DNA of 64,000 bases from assembly GCA_965232515.1 (NCBI GenBank), contig CBDDPY010000002.1, positions 5,568,001 to 5,632,000 on the forward strand. The letters are read 5' to 3'. How positions within the stretch are numbered: position 1 is the first letter of the stretch; each line of letters opens with the position of its first letter. Below are positions 53,047 to 63,176 of the stretch, piece by piece. A model generated the notes under the pieces. That model was not told where the DNA came from and did not search any database. It saw nothing but the letters and a program-made list of their open reading frames with translations. Both the position numbers and the translations under genes were made by a program. This DNA comes from Alphaproteobacteria bacterium (GTDB lineage: Bacteria > Pseudomonadota > Alphaproteobacteria > GCA-2731375).

Positions 53047-53901
53047 ATGGCGACGTTTCGGGCGGCCTGTGTACAGGTCAATGCCGGCAACGACATGGAC
53101 GCCAATCTGACGGCGGCGGGCGATCTGATCCGCCGGGCCGCCGACGCCGGCGCCGATTTCATCACCACGCCCGAAGTGGTGGCGATGATGGAGACCGGCC
53201 GCGACAACATCCGCGCCAAGGCCGCCGACGAGCCGAACCACCCGGCGCTGGCCGCGTTCCGGTCGCTCGCGGCGGAAACCGGCAGGTGGCTGCTCGTCGG
53301 CTCGCTGACGATCAAGGAAGACGACGGGCCGCTCTACAACCGCTCGTTCCTGCTCGATCCCGAGGGCCGGATCGTGGCGCGCTATGACAAGATCCACATG
53401 TTCGACGTCAATCTGCCGAATGGCGTCAGCATCCGGGAATCGAACGCCTACCGGTCGGGCGGCGCGGCCGTGCTGGCGGACCTGACCTGGGCCCGGCTCG
53501 GTATGACGATCTGCTACGACCTGCGGTTCCCGTATCTTTATCGCGATCTGGCGCATGCCGGCGCGCAAATCCTGACCATTCCCTCGGCCTTCATGCAGGT
53601 CACCGGCGAGGCGCATTGGCATGTGCTGCTTCGCGCCCGGGCCATCGAAACCGGCTGTTTCGTGATCGCGGCGGCCCAGTGCGGCAGACATCCCGGCAAC
53701 CGGCAGACCTATGGGCATTCGCTGATCATCGCGCCCTGGGGCGAGATCGTCGCCGAAGCCGGCACCGAGCCCGGCGTCGTCACCGCCGACATCGATCTGG
53801 CGCTGGTGGAGCAGGCCCGCGGCCGCATACCGGCGCTCGAGCATGACCGAGACTACAGCGCGCCGACGGTCGTCAATTTGGTGGCCGACGCCGCCGAATA
53901 G
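53047..53901 (+). CDS. Carbon-nitrogen hydrolase (Nit1/deaminated glutathione amidase-like)
   Basis: TPE, YDKIHMFDV, ICYDLRFP, LRARAIE, TYGHS. Confidence 0.92.
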   Translation: MATFRAACVQVNAGNDMDANLTAAGDLIRRAADAGADFITTPEVVAMMETGRDNIRAKAADEPNHPALAAFRSLAAETGRWLLVGSLTIKEDDGPLYNRSFLLDPEGRIVARYDKIHMFDVNLPNGVSIRESNAYRSGGAAVLADLTWARLGMTICYDLRFPYLYRDLAHAGAQILTIPSAFMQVTGEAHWHVLLRARAIETGCFVIAAAQCGRHPGNRQTYGHSLIIAPWGEIVAEAGTEPGVVTADIDLALVEQARGRIPALEHDRDYSAPTVVNLVADAAE

Positions 53902-53912
53902 CCGCCTGACGT

Positions 53913-54470
53913 CTATTCGGGCTCCAGCGTCACCAGGTCGTCGGCCTTGGTGGCGCAAAGCCGTTGCCGTGCCGCGGGCCGAGGCGTCTGCACCAGACCC
54001 TGCTCGAAAGCGACGATCTGCAGCACGTCCTCGAAAGCTTCGAGCAATTCATTCGGGCGCAGCAGGAAATCCGGGTTTTTCGGCCGGCCGAAGGCGGCGT
54101 TGCCCTCGGCGAAGGTCTCGTAGATCAGTACGCCGCCCGGCGCCAGGCAAGCGGCCAGCAGCGGCAGTATCGGCCGGTAGAGATAGTCGGTGACGACGAT
54201 GCCGCCAAAGCTGCGGCCGGCGAACGGCCATGGGCCGCCATCCTCCAGGTCGGCCTCGACGATCTCGAGCCTGGTTCGGTCGGTCAGATCGTCGAGGCCG
54301 GAGATGTCGATATCGACCGCCGTCACCGGAAAGCCCAGATCCAGAAACAGCTGGCTATGCCGGCCCGCGCCGGCGGCGACGTCCAGCACCGGCAGGTCCG
54401 TCGGCGCAAGCGCCGCGAAGCGCGTGACCCAGGCCGAGGGCGGCCGGAGGGCATGTTCGGCGTCGGTCAC
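53913..54470 (-). CDS. Class I SAM-dependent methyltransferase (TehB-like)
   Basis: VLDVAAGAGRH, LAPGGVLIYETF, GRPKNPDFLL. Confidence 0.88.
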   Translation of the reverse strand: MTDAEHALRPPSAWVTRFAALAPTDLPVLDVAAGAGRHSQLFLDLGFPVTAVDIDISGLDDLTDRTRLEIVEADLEDGGPWPFAGRSFGGIVVTDYLYRPILPLLAACLAPGGVLIYETFAEGNAAFGRPKNPDFLLRPNELLEAFEDVLQIVAFEQGLVQTPRPAARQRLCATKADDLVTLEPE

Positions 54471-54591
54471 GAAGGCTCTCCCGCGAACTTGTCGAATGGG
54501 TTCAACGGTGCCATTTAAGAAGGTTATGTGATACTCCGGTAGGGGTGATCGACCGGAAATCGGCGGATTCGGAACTGAACAGGCACCGTTG

Positions 54592-55011
54592 ATGATCGTA
54601 TTCGACCTTCGCTGCGACCAGGAACACGTCTTCGAGGCGTGGTTTCCCGACAGCAAGACCTTTGAGCGGCAGGCGAAGAAGGGTCAGGTCACCTGTCCGG
54701 TTTGCGGCGACACGAAGGTCGAAAAGGCCCTGATGGCGCCGAACATCTCGACGGGCCGCAAGAAGGACGCCGAAAAAGAGAAGGCCCAGGCCGCCAAGGT
54801 CATGCAGGCGCTGTCGGAAGTCCGCCGACAGGTCGAGGAAAACTGCGATTACGTCGGTCCCCAGTTCGCCGAGGAAGCCCGCAAGATCCACTACGGTGAG
54901 ACCGACGAGCGCGGCATCTACGGCGAGGCCACGAAGGAAGAATCGAAAGAACTCGCCGACGAAGGCATCGAGGTCGGCGTCATCCCCTGGGTTCCCCGCG
55001 CCGACAACTAG
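54592..55011 (+). CDS. DUF1178 family protein
   Basis: C..EH.FEAWF, CPVCG, KALMAP, FAEEARKIHYGE, RGIYGEA. Confidence 0.92.
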   Translation: MIVFDLRCDQEHVFEAWFPDSKTFERQAKKGQVTCPVCGDTKVEKALMAPNISTGRKKDAEKEKAQAAKVMQALSEVRRQVEENCDYVGPQFAEEARKIHYGETDERGIYGEATKEESKELADEGIEVGVIPWVPRADN

Positions 55012-55058
55012 CGTTCACCGTCGTTTAAAGTCCAAGCATGTGCGTGGCTATCTGGTTG

Positions 55059-55078
55059 ACTAAGTCATATGACTTAGT
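55059..55078. promoter_or_regulatory. TA operon operator palindrome overlapping a sigma70-like promoter
   Basis: Perfect 20-bp ACTAAGTCATATGACTTAGT between TTGACT (55056) and TTTAAT (55078). Confidence 0.75.
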
Positions 55079-55110
55079 TTAATCTCTGGACAATCGCAGA
55101 GGCATTATCC

Positions 55111-55338
55111 ATGACGGTTGTCGTAAACGTCCACGAAGCAAAAACCCATCTCTCCCGCCTCTTGCAGCAAGTGGCGGCCGGAGAGGATGTCGTCATTGCC
55201 AAGTCAGGCAAGCCCATTGCCCGGCTTGTACCGGCCGAAGAGCGGGCGCCGCGAGAACCCGGTCAATGGAAGGGCAAGGTCACCGATGCCTTTTTCGACC
55301 CGTTGCCGTCCGAAGAGCTCGACGCTTGGCAGCAGTGA
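55111..55338 (+). CDS. Phd/YefM family antitoxin
   Basis: VNVHEAKTHLSRLL...GEDVVIAKSGKPIARLVP. Confidence 0.92.
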   Translation: MTVVVNVHEAKTHLSRLLQQVAAGEDVVIAKSGKPIARLVPAEERAPREPGQWKGKVTDAFFDPLPSEELDAWQQ

Positions 55339-55721
55339 GGTTCCTGCTCGATACCCATACGCTGCTCTGGTGGTTCTCAAACGACCCCGCTCTTTCGGAC
55401 ACCGTGCGAGCAGCCATCGCCATGCCAGAGAACGAGCCCATTGTCAGCAGTGTGTGCGCTTGGGAAATTGCCACTAAGCATCGCATCGGAAAGTTGCCGG
55501 ATGCCGAGAACCTACTGACAGATTTCGGTGCCTTGGTTAGGCAAGCACGGTTTTCGACGCTGCCAATCTCGGTCGACCACGCCCTTTCTGCCGGAGCGCT
55601 TCCGTGGTCGCACCGGGACCCGTTCGACCGAATGCTGGTGGCGCAAGCGCAAATCGAAGATCTACCGATTGCCACGACGGACGCCGCCATATCCGGCTAC
55701 GGCATTACCTGTATTTGGTAA
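55335..55721 (+). CDS. vapC: VapC family PIN-domain toxin
   Basis: GTGA overlap; LLDTHTLLW, WEIATK, HRDPFDRMLVAQA, TTD. Confidence 0.92.
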   Translation: MRFLLDTHTLLWWFSNDPALSDTVRAAIAMPENEPIVSSVCAWEIATKHRIGKLPDAENLLTDFGALVRQARFSTLPISVDHALSAGALPWSHRDPFDRMLVAQAQIEDLPIATTDAAISGYGITCIW

Positions 55722-55727
55722 GCCGGC

Positions 55728-56489
55728 TTATGCCGCCACTCTCCGGCCGTAGGCGAGGTAGTTGACGTCGCGGTCGGACGACAGGCGCCAGTCGCGGTTG
55801 CGCATATCGAGGCTCATGCCGGTGACATCTTCGAGCGTGATGCCGGCATGGCGCGATCTGCGCACCAGTTCGGCGGGCTTGACGAACTTGCGCCAGTCGT
55901 GCGTGCCGCGCGGCAGCCAGCGCAGCACGTATTCTGCGCCGACGATCGCCAGCGCCCAGGCCTTGGGCGTCCGATTGAGCGTCGACAGCAACACGGCGCC
56001 GTCGGGTTTCGTCAACTGTGCCAGCGCCGCGAGGAAGACGCCGAGATCGGCGACATGTTCGACCACCTCCATGCTGACCACCGCGTCGAACCGGGCGCCC
56101 TCGGCGGCGAGCGCTTCCGCCGTCGTGCAGCGGTAGTCGATCGCCAACCCGGTCTCCTTGGCATGTGCTTGGGCGACGCCGATATTCTCTTGCGCGGCAT
56201 CGATCCCGACGACATCCGCGCCGAGCCGCGCGAGCGGTTCGCTCAGCAGCCCGCCGCCGCAACCGACATCGACGATCGCAAGGCCCGTGAGTGGCTTGAG
56301 TGACGCCGGGTCGCGGTCGAATTGATTGCACAGTTTGTCGCGAATGTAGGCCAGGCGCACCGGGTTCAACCGGTGCAACGGCCGCATCGGGCCGTCGGCG
56401 TCCCACCAGGTCTCGGCCAGGGCCGAAAACCTGTCGATCTCAGCCGGGTCGACGCTGGCGTCTTGCGCGTGCGCGGCGGCGTGCGGCAT
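55728..56489 (-). CDS. ubiG: Ubiquinone biosynthesis O-methyltransferase
   Basis: WWDADG...LHRLNPVR, DVGCGGG, EVVEHV, LPRGTHDW. Confidence 0.95.
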   Translation of the reverse strand: MPHAAAHAQDASVDPAEIDRFSALAETWWDADGPMRPLHRLNPVRLAYIRDKLCNQFDRDPASLKPLTGLAIVDVGCGGGLLSEPLARLGADVVGIDAAQENIGVAQAHAKETGLAIDYRCTTAEALAAEGARFDAVVSMEVVEHVADLGVFLAALAQLTKPDGAVLLSTLNRTPKAWALAIVGAEYVLRWLPRGTHDWRKFVKPAELVRRSRHAGITLEDVTGMSLDMRNRDWRLSSDRDVNYLAYGRRVAA

Positions 56490-56618
56490 GCCAGTTCTCC
56501 GCTTGTCTCGGGCTGTATGTCAGAGTATGTATACGCCGCCTTGCGAGGACAAGGCGTTCAGCAGCATCGCTTGGCGGATTGTTGGGTCGGTATCGTCGCC
56601 GACGCCGGAGGAACCTGT

Positions 56619-57839
56619 ATGTCGCGCATCGTGATGAAATTCGGTGGCACGTCCGTCGGCGACATCGCGCGAATCAAGAATGTCGCCGGCCGCATCAAGG
56701 CCGAGGTCGAGGCCGGTCACGAGGTCGCGGCCGTGGTCTCGGCCATGGCCGGACAGACCAATCAGCTGATCGACTGGACGCGCGAGACCAGCATGCTGCA
56801 CGACGCGCGCGAATACGACGCGGTCGTGTCGTCGGGCGAGCAGGTGACCGTGGGGCTGCTGGCGCTGGCCTTGCAGCAGATGGGCGTCAGCGCGCGCTCG
56901 TGGCTGGGCTGGCAGGTGCCGATTCGCACCGACGACGTGCACGGCAGCGCCCGCATTCTCGGCATCGAGGCGGACGAGCTGGTCGCCCGGCTGGGGCAGG
57001 GCCAAGTGCCGGTCGTGGCTGGATTTCAGGGACTCGGTCCCGACAATCGCATCACCACGCTTGGCCGCGGCGGCACCGACACGACGGCCGTGGCGCTGGC
57101 GGCGGCGCTACAGGCAGACCGCTGCGACATCTATACCGACGTCGAGGGCGTGTTCACGGCCGACCCCCGTATTGTGACGCAGGCCCGCAAGCTTGCTAGG
57201 ATTACCTATGAAGAGATGCTGGAAATGGCATCTCAGGGCGCCAAGGTCTTGCAGACCCGCTCCGTCGAACTAGCCATGAATCACCGGGTTCGGGTGCAGG
57301 TGCTGTCAAGCTTCACCGACGCGCCGGGCACCCTTGTTGTTGATGAGGACGAAATCGTGGAACAAGCGGTCGTCAGCGGCATTACCTATTCCAGCGACGA
57401 GGCCAAGGTCACCCTGCTCGACGTGGCCGACAGGCCCGGCGTCGCGGCGGCGGTGTTCGGCCCGCTCGCCGACGCCAATATCAACGTCGACATGATCGTG
57501 CAGAGCGCCTCGGAAGACGGCGCCAAGACCGATATCACCTTTACCGTGCGCCGGGCCGACCTGGAGCGGACGCTGGAGGAGGTCGCAAAGGTCAAGGACG
57601 AGATCGGTCATACGTCACTGATTTCCGACGCCAACGTGGTCAAGGTCTCGGTCATCGGCATCGGCATGCGCAGCCATGCCGGCGTCGCGCAGCAAATGTT
57701 CCGGGCGTTGGCCGAGAAAGGCATCAATATCCACGTGATTTCCACCTCCGAGATCAAAATCAGCGTGCTGGTCGACGCCGACTATACGGAACTGGCGGTC
57801 CGCACCTTGCACACGGTCTACGGGCTCGACGCAGCCTGA
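56619..57839 (+). CDS. lysC: Aspartate kinase
   Basis: MKFGGTSV, TTLGRGGTDTTAVA, YTDVEGV, two ACT domains; GGAGG RBS. Confidence 0.96.
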   Translation: MSRIVMKFGGTSVGDIARIKNVAGRIKAEVEAGHEVAAVVSAMAGQTNQLIDWTRETSMLHDAREYDAVVSSGEQVTVGLLALALQQMGVSARSWLGWQVPIRTDDVHGSARILGIEADELVARLGQGQVPVVAGFQGLGPDNRITTLGRGGTDTTAVALAAALQADRCDIYTDVEGVFTADPRIVTQARKLARITYEEMLEMASQGAKVLQTRSVELAMNHRVRVQVLSSFTDAPGTLVVDEDEIVEQAVVSGITYSSDEAKVTLLDVADRPGVAAAVFGPLADANINVDMIVQSASEDGAKTDITFTVRRADLERTLEEVAKVKDEIGHTSLISDANVVKVSVIGIGMRSHAGVAQQMFRALAEKGINIHVISTSEIKISVLVDADYTELAVRTLHTVYGLDAA

Positions 57840-57912
57840 GGGAAATATTGCCGGCCGCGGGGAAGCCGGCGGAATTCTTGGCCCCATACGCTAGGTAGGG
57901 CTGGAAGCGACG

Positions 57913-60168
57913 ATGAATGCAATGGCGACCTCCGGGCCGCGGGTGTTGCTGCGGCGACTGCACGATGTCATGGCCGGTCCCGGCGATGTGCAGAGCCGGC
58001 TCGACCAGATCGTCCGCTCCATCGCCGCGAACATGGTCGCCGAGGTCTGCTCGGTCTATTTCATGCGCGAGGACGTCCTCGAGCTGGTCGCCACCGAGGG
58101 TCTGAACGCCGAGGCGGTTCACAAGACGACGCTGCATATGGGCGAAGGCCTGGTCGGTCTGATCGCCCAGCAGGCCCGTGCCGTGGCCCTGTCGGACGCC
58201 CAGTCCCATCCCAACTTCGCCTACCGGCCGGAAACCGGCGAAGAAGTCTATCACTCGCTGATGGGCGTGCCGATCCTGCGCGCCGGCCGCGTGATCGGTG
58301 TTCTGGTCGTGCAGAACCGCACCATGCGCGACTACACGGACGAGGAAGTCGAGGCGATGCAGACCATCGCCATGGTATTGGCCGAGATGGCGAACGCGGC
58401 GCTGCGGCCGAGCGAGGACGCGCCGGCGCCGGCGCCGGCGTCCGATCTGCCGTTCCGGATCTCCGGCCTGACGTTGAACGAGGGACTGGCGCGCGGCGTC
58501 ATTGTGCTGCACGAGCCGCTGGTCGTGGTCGAGCAGCACGTGGCCCAGAACATCGAGGTCGAAAAGCAGCGCATGGATCAGGGCCTGGAAGAGCTGCGCA
58601 CGCAGATCGACGGCCTGTTAAGCAACGCGACGCCGGGCGGCGAGCCGACCGAGATCCTGCAGACCTACCGCATGTTCGCCAACGACCGTGGTTGGATTAC
58701 CCGACTGTACGAGGCCGTCGAGTCCGGCCTTACGGCCGAAGCGGCGGTCGAGCGCGTGCAGGTCGACACCCGTGCCCGCATGTCCCAGGTCACCGACCCT
58801 TTCCTGCGCGAACGGCTGCACGACCTGGAGGACCTGGCGAATCGCCTGCTGCGGCATCTCACCGGACGGGTCGTGACGGCGGCGTTCGAAACACTGCCCG
58901 AGGACGCCATTATCGTCGCCCGCAACATGGGACCGGCAGAGCTGCTGGAATACGACCGCGGCCGGCTGCGCGCGCTGCTGCTCGAGGAGGGCACGCCGGC
59001 AAGCCATGTGGCGATCGTCGCCCGCGCACTGCAGATCCCGGTCATCGGTTTGCTCGATCGGTTGCTGGACCGGGTCGAGCCCGGCGACACCGCACTAATC
59101 GATGCGGATAACGGGCAGGTCTTCGTCCGGCCGAGCGACGACGTCCGCCACGCGTTCGAACAGAACCTGTCCCTGCGCGAAGCCCAAGAGGCGGAATATG
59201 CATCGCACCGCGAGGAGCCGGCGACCACGCGCGACGGCACGCAGGTGCGACTGAACATCAACGCCGGCCTGCTCGTCGACCTGCCGCAGCTCGATGAAAC
59301 CGGCGCCGACGGTATCGGGCTTTATCGTACCGAGTTGCATTTTATGGTACGCGCCAGCCTGCCGAACATCTCGACCCAGGCCGAGTTCTACGGCCGGGTG
59401 CTGACCCAGGCAAACGGCCGGCCCGTCGTCTTCCGGACGCTCGATGTCGGCGGCGACAAGGTGCTGCCGTATCTGCGCCGCTACGATGACGAGAACCCGG
59501 CCATGGGCTGGCGGGCGATCCGTCTGGCGCTCGATCGTCCTGTGCTGTTGCGTATGCAGCTCCGGGCCCTGATCAAGGCGGCCGCCGGTCACGAGCTGAA
59601 CGTGATGTTTCCGATGATCGCCGAGGTCGCGGAGTTCGCGGCGGCCAAGGAGTTGCTGGACCGGGAGGTGGCGCGCTGGGCGCGGCTGAACGAACCTCAG
59701 CCCTCGCGTATTCGGGTCGGCACCATGCTGGAGGTGCCGAGCCTCGCCTGGCAGTTGCCCGCGCTGCTGCCGATAGTCGATTTCGTTTCGATCGGCAGCA
59801 ACGATCTGATGCAGTTTCTGTTCGCCAGCGATCGGGGCAATCCACGGCTGTCCGGCCGCTACGACGTGCTCAGCCCGGCCGCCTTGTCGTTCCTGCGCGA
59901 TGTCGTTCGCCGCTGCGACGACGCCAACGTGGCGGTCAGCCTGTGCGGCGAGGCCGCGGGCCATCCGGTCGACGCGATGGCGTTGATCGGCCTGGGGCTG
60001 CGGGACATTTCGATGACGCCTGCCGCGGTCGGTCGCGTCAAGGTCATGGTCCAGAGCCTTGACCTGCCGCCGCTGCAAGATTTTATGGAAACGCTCTACG
60101 ATTCGCCGCTGCACAGCGTGCGCGATCGGCTGGTTGCCTTCGCGGCGGACCAAAGCGTCGCGATTTGA
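57913..60168 (+). CDS. ptsP: PTS-Ntr enzyme I (GAF + EI)
   Basis: N-terminal GAF, SHVAIVARA phospho-His, GLYRTE, RTLDVGGDK, LCGE. Confidence 0.95.
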   Translation: MNAMATSGPRVLLRRLHDVMAGPGDVQSRLDQIVRSIAANMVAEVCSVYFMREDVLELVATEGLNAEAVHKTTLHMGEGLVGLIAQQARAVALSDAQSHPNFAYRPETGEEVYHSLMGVPILRAGRVIGVLVVQNRTMRDYTDEEVEAMQTIAMVLAEMANAALRPSEDAPAPAPASDLPFRISGLTLNEGLARGVIVLHEPLVVVEQHVAQNIEVEKQRMDQGLEELRTQIDGLLSNATPGGEPTEILQTYRMFANDRGWITRLYEAVESGLTAEAAVERVQVDTRARMSQVTDPFLRERLHDLEDLANRLLRHLTGRVVTAAFETLPEDAIIVARNMGPAELLEYDRGRLRALLLEEGTPASHVAIVARALQIPVIGLLDRLLDRVEPGDTALIDADNGQVFVRPSDDVRHAFEQNLSLREAQEAEYASHREEPATTRDGTQVRLNINAGLLVDLPQLDETGADGIGLYRTELHFMVRASLPNISTQAEFYGRVLTQANGRPVVFRTLDVGGDKVLPYLRRYDDENPAMGWRAIRLALDRPVLLRMQLRALIKAAAGHELNVMFPMIAEVAEFAAAKELLDREVARWARLNEPQPSRIRVGTMLEVPSLAWQLPALLPIVDFVSIGSNDLMQFLFASDRGNPRLSGRYDVLSPAALSFLRDVVRRCDDANVAVSLCGEAAGHPVDAMALIGLGLRDISMTPAAVGRVKVMVQSLDLPPLQDFMETLYDSPLHSVRDRLVAFAADQSVAI

Positions 60169-60326
60169 CGCATTGCACTTGGCGGCGGCTTTTGTTTTAT
60201 ATTCAACGCGCTAGTCAGACATCTCGCGCGAGTGGTCCGATCGATATTTCGCCATCGGCGACTATACGAAGTATTAAATATACGGTGCTAACAATACGTT
60301 AGAAGCGTGTGTTCGGACTGAGATCC

Positions 60327-61889
60327 ATGGTGCATCGAAAAACGACGTCGCTCGACGACAGTCGGCGTCGGTCGCAGCAGCCATATCTACAGATTGTCGA
60401 CGACGACCATCTGGGGGCGGGCGATCCTTACGACGGGGTCGGCGCCGACTTGCGCGCCGCGCGGGTGCGCCATGGCTACAGCCTCCAGGAACTGTCCAGC
60501 CGCCTGCGAATCCAGCTCGACTATCTCGAGGCGATCGAGGCGGGTCAGTTCGAAGCGCTGCCTGGACCTGCCTACGCGATCGGTTTTCTTCGGTCCTATG
60601 CAAATGCGCTCGGTGTCGATGGCGAGGATGTGGTGCTGCGCTTCAAGAGCGAAAGCGCCGTCGTTCCCGGCCAGACCAAGCTGGTATTCCCGACACCGGT
60701 GCAGGAAGCGCGCCGGCCCGGCGCCACGGTCGTCGCGGCATCGTTGGCGGTCGCCGTCGCCGGATATGTCGGCTGGGCCTACCTGCAACAGGAGAGCCGC
60801 CTGCCGGTTGAACTGATCCCCGAACCGCCGCAGCGCTTGGCGACGGTCCTGGATCAACTGGATCAGCCGCAGACGCCGGCCGAGCCAACGGGCGGGACCT
60901 GGGCCGTTTCCCAGCCGTCTGTCGGCGCGAACGCGGCAACGCCGTCCGATCTCGACGGCGGGACGTCGGCCGAGGCGCCGGGGGACGCGCCACAATCGGC
61001 CGAGGCGACGGCGCAGGCCGTGGCCGTCGCGGCCGAAGCCGAACGCGACGCGGCCGCGACGCAATCGTCGGATCCGGAGGTCGTCGAAGGCGACGCCGAC
61101 CGCTCGGCCGCGCCGGCGGTCGAGGCGCCGGCAACGGATATCGCGATGGTCGAAAGCTCGGCCGCCGAGGAGACGGTTGCCGATGAGGCGGCTGTCGATG
61201 ACTCGCCGTCGAACGAGGCGGTCACGAGCGCCTCGCCGGCCGTTGACAACGACGGCCAGGAGCAGATCGTGGCGAACGCCCGGGTTGCGGTGGAAACGCC
61301 GGAACCGGCTGTCGAAGCCGAGGACGAGAGCATGCGGCCGGACCTGCCGGCGACGGCGTCCTTTTCGGCCCCGCCGTCGGCCACGTCGGTCCCGGCCTCT
61401 GAGGATGCGCCCGCCGACGATGCGCCCACCGCGGACGCCAACGTGCCCGAGCAGCCGGCGTTCGACACGGCCATGGTTCTGCCGGAGCCGCCGGTGCTGC
61501 CGGCCGCGCCCGACGTCGAGGCGCCGGCTTCCGATCTCGGGGGCCCACCTAACATTCCGACGTCCGTGACGGCGACCGAGAGCTATGTGCCGCAGGTCTT
61601 CGGATCGGCCAATCGCGACGCGCGCGTTGTCGTCCGGGCCAAGGCCGATGCCTGGGTCCAGGTGCAGGGCGCCAACAATGAGCTGCTGCTGACCCGTATC
61701 CTGCGGGCGGGCGACACCTATATGGCGCCGGACCGGTCCGATCTGACGCTGATGACCGGCAATGCCGGCGCGCTGGAAGCCATCGTCGACGGGGCGCTTG
61801 TCGGCGCGCTGGGGCCCGAAGGCCAGGTGCGGCGCGATATCTCGCTCGACGCCGACAAGTTGCTCGGCGCGGCAAGCGGCAGCGGCTGA
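60327..61889 (+). CDS. rodZ: RodZ-like cell-shape protein (HTH, TM, long linker, DUF4115)
   Basis: YLEAIEAG...LPGPAYAIGFLRSYA; TM; C-terminal WVQV...GNAG; upstream of ispG. Confidence 0.85.
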   Translation: MVHRKTTSLDDSRRRSQQPYLQIVDDDHLGAGDPYDGVGADLRAARVRHGYSLQELSSRLRIQLDYLEAIEAGQFEALPGPAYAIGFLRSYANALGVDGEDVVLRFKSESAVVPGQTKLVFPTPVQEARRPGATVVAASLAVAVAGYVGWAYLQQESRLPVELIPEPPQRLATVLDQLDQPQTPAEPTGGTWAVSQPSVGANAATPSDLDGGTSAEAPGDAPQSAEATAQAVAVAAEAERDAAATQSSDPEVVEGDADRSAAPAVEAPATDIAMVESSAAEETVADEAAVDDSPSNEAVTSASPAVDNDGQEQIVANARVAVETPEPAVEAEDESMRPDLPATASFSAPPSATSVPASEDAPADDAPTADANVPEQPAFDTAMVLPEPPVLPAAPDVEAPASDLGGPPNIPTSVTATESYVPQVFGSANRDARVVVRAKADAWVQVQGANNELLLTRILRAGDTYMAPDRSDLTLMTGNAGALEAIVDGALVGALGPEGQVRRDISLDADKLLGAASGSG

Positions 61890-61908
61890 CCGGCGGTCCA
61901 TGACACGG

Positions 61909-61943
61909 CAAGGCCGTCCGGCGGGTCGGCCTTGATCTTCTTC
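61909..61943 (+). terminator. Possible intrinsic terminator after rodZ
   Basis: CAAGGCCG...CGGCCTTG stem followed by ATCTTCTTC. Confidence 0.3.
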
Positions 61944-62014
61944 GCGGAAAGCAACATGTTAGGCGGGAATTTCAGCCGCCGCCGACATTAACTTTCTGCG
62001 CAAGCGCAATTCGC

Positions 62015-63160
62015 ATGAGCGTTCGACCCTATCGCGACATTCAGCGGCGCAAATGCCGCCAGATCTTCGTCGGCGACGTGCCGGTCGGCGGCGATGCGCC
62101 GATCACCGTCCAGTCGATGACCAACACCGATACGACGGATGTCGCGGCGACCGTGGCCCAGGTGCTGGCGCTGGAGGAAGCCGGCGCTGATATCGTCCGT
62201 GTTTCCTGTCCGGACGAGGCGTCGGCCCGGGCGCTGAAGGACATCATCCGGGCGGTCAACGTGCCGATCGTCGCGGACATCCATTTTCACTACAAGCGCG
62301 CCATCGAGGCGGCGGAGAGCGGGGCGGCCTGCCTGCGCATCAACCCGGGCAATATCGGCTCCGACGAGCGGGTGCGCGAGGTCGTGCGTGCGGCGAACCA
62401 GCATGGCTGTTCGATGCGGATCGGCGTCAACGCCGGCAGCCTCGAGCGCGAGTTGTTGGAGAAGTACGGCGAGCCGTGCCCCGAGGCGCTGATCGAGAGC
62501 GCGCTGAACCACGCGCGCATCCTCGAGGACAACGATTTCTTCAATTTCAAGATCAGCGTCAAGGCGTCGGACGTCTTCCTGGCCGTCGCCGCCTATCAGG
62601 GCCTGGCCGAGGCCTGCGACTATCCGCTGCACCTGGGCATCACCGAGGCTGGCGGCCTGCGCGGCGGCACCGTCAAGTCGTCGATCGGCATGGGCATGCT
62701 GCTCTGGTCCGGCATCGGCGACACGATCCGCGTCTCGCTTTCGGCCGATCCGGTCGAGGAAGTGCATGTCGGCTACGAGATGTTGAAGTCGCTTGGGCTG
62801 CGTCGGCGCGGGGTCAACATCGTCTCCTGCCCGTCCTGCGCGCGGCAGGCCTTTGACGTGATCAAGACCGTCGAGATCCTGGAAGAACGGCTGGCGCATA
62901 TCTCCACGCCGATCACGCTGTCGGTGCTCGGTTGCGTCGTCAACGGCCCGGGCGAGGCCCGCGAGACCGATATCGGCCTGACCGGTGGCGGCAACGGCAA
63001 CCATATGGTTTATCTGAACGGCGTTACCGACCATCGGATCAACGAGGATGTCGGCCTGGTCGATCACATCGTCCAGCTCGTCGAGGCCAAGGCGGCCGAG
63101 ATCGAGGCCGAACGCGCCGCCGCCGAGAAGCACACGACGGCCGTCGCCGCCGCCGAATAA
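62015..63160 (+). CDS. ispG: (E)-4-hydroxy-3-methylbut-2-enyl-diphosphate synthase
   Basis: [37 protein letters not shown]. Confidence 0.97.
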   Translation: MSVRPYRDIQRRKCRQIFVGDVPVGGDAPITVQSMTNTDTTDVAATVAQVLALEEAGADIVRVSCPDEASARALKDIIRAVNVPIVADIHFHYKRAIEAAESGAACLRINPGNIGSDERVREVVRAANQHGCSMRIGVNAGSLERELLEKYGEPCPEALIESALNHARILEDNDFFNFKISVKASDVFLAVAAYQGLAEACDYPLHLGITEAGGLRGGTVKSSIGMGMLLWSGIGDTIRVSLSADPVEEVHVGYEMLKSLGLRRRGVNIVSCPSCARQAFDVIKTVEILEERLAHISTPITLSVLGCVVNGPGEARETDIGLTGGGNGNHMVYLNGVTDHRINEDVGLVDHIVQLVEAKAAEIEAERAAAEKHTTAVAAAE

Positions 63161-63176
63161 CCCCAGGAGACCGACA

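Noticed and set aside
56490-56618. Lysine riboswitch before lysC (likewise cobalamin before cobS, preQ1 before the VUT gene)
   Set aside because: Spacers are too short and lack recognisable conserved aptamer motifs
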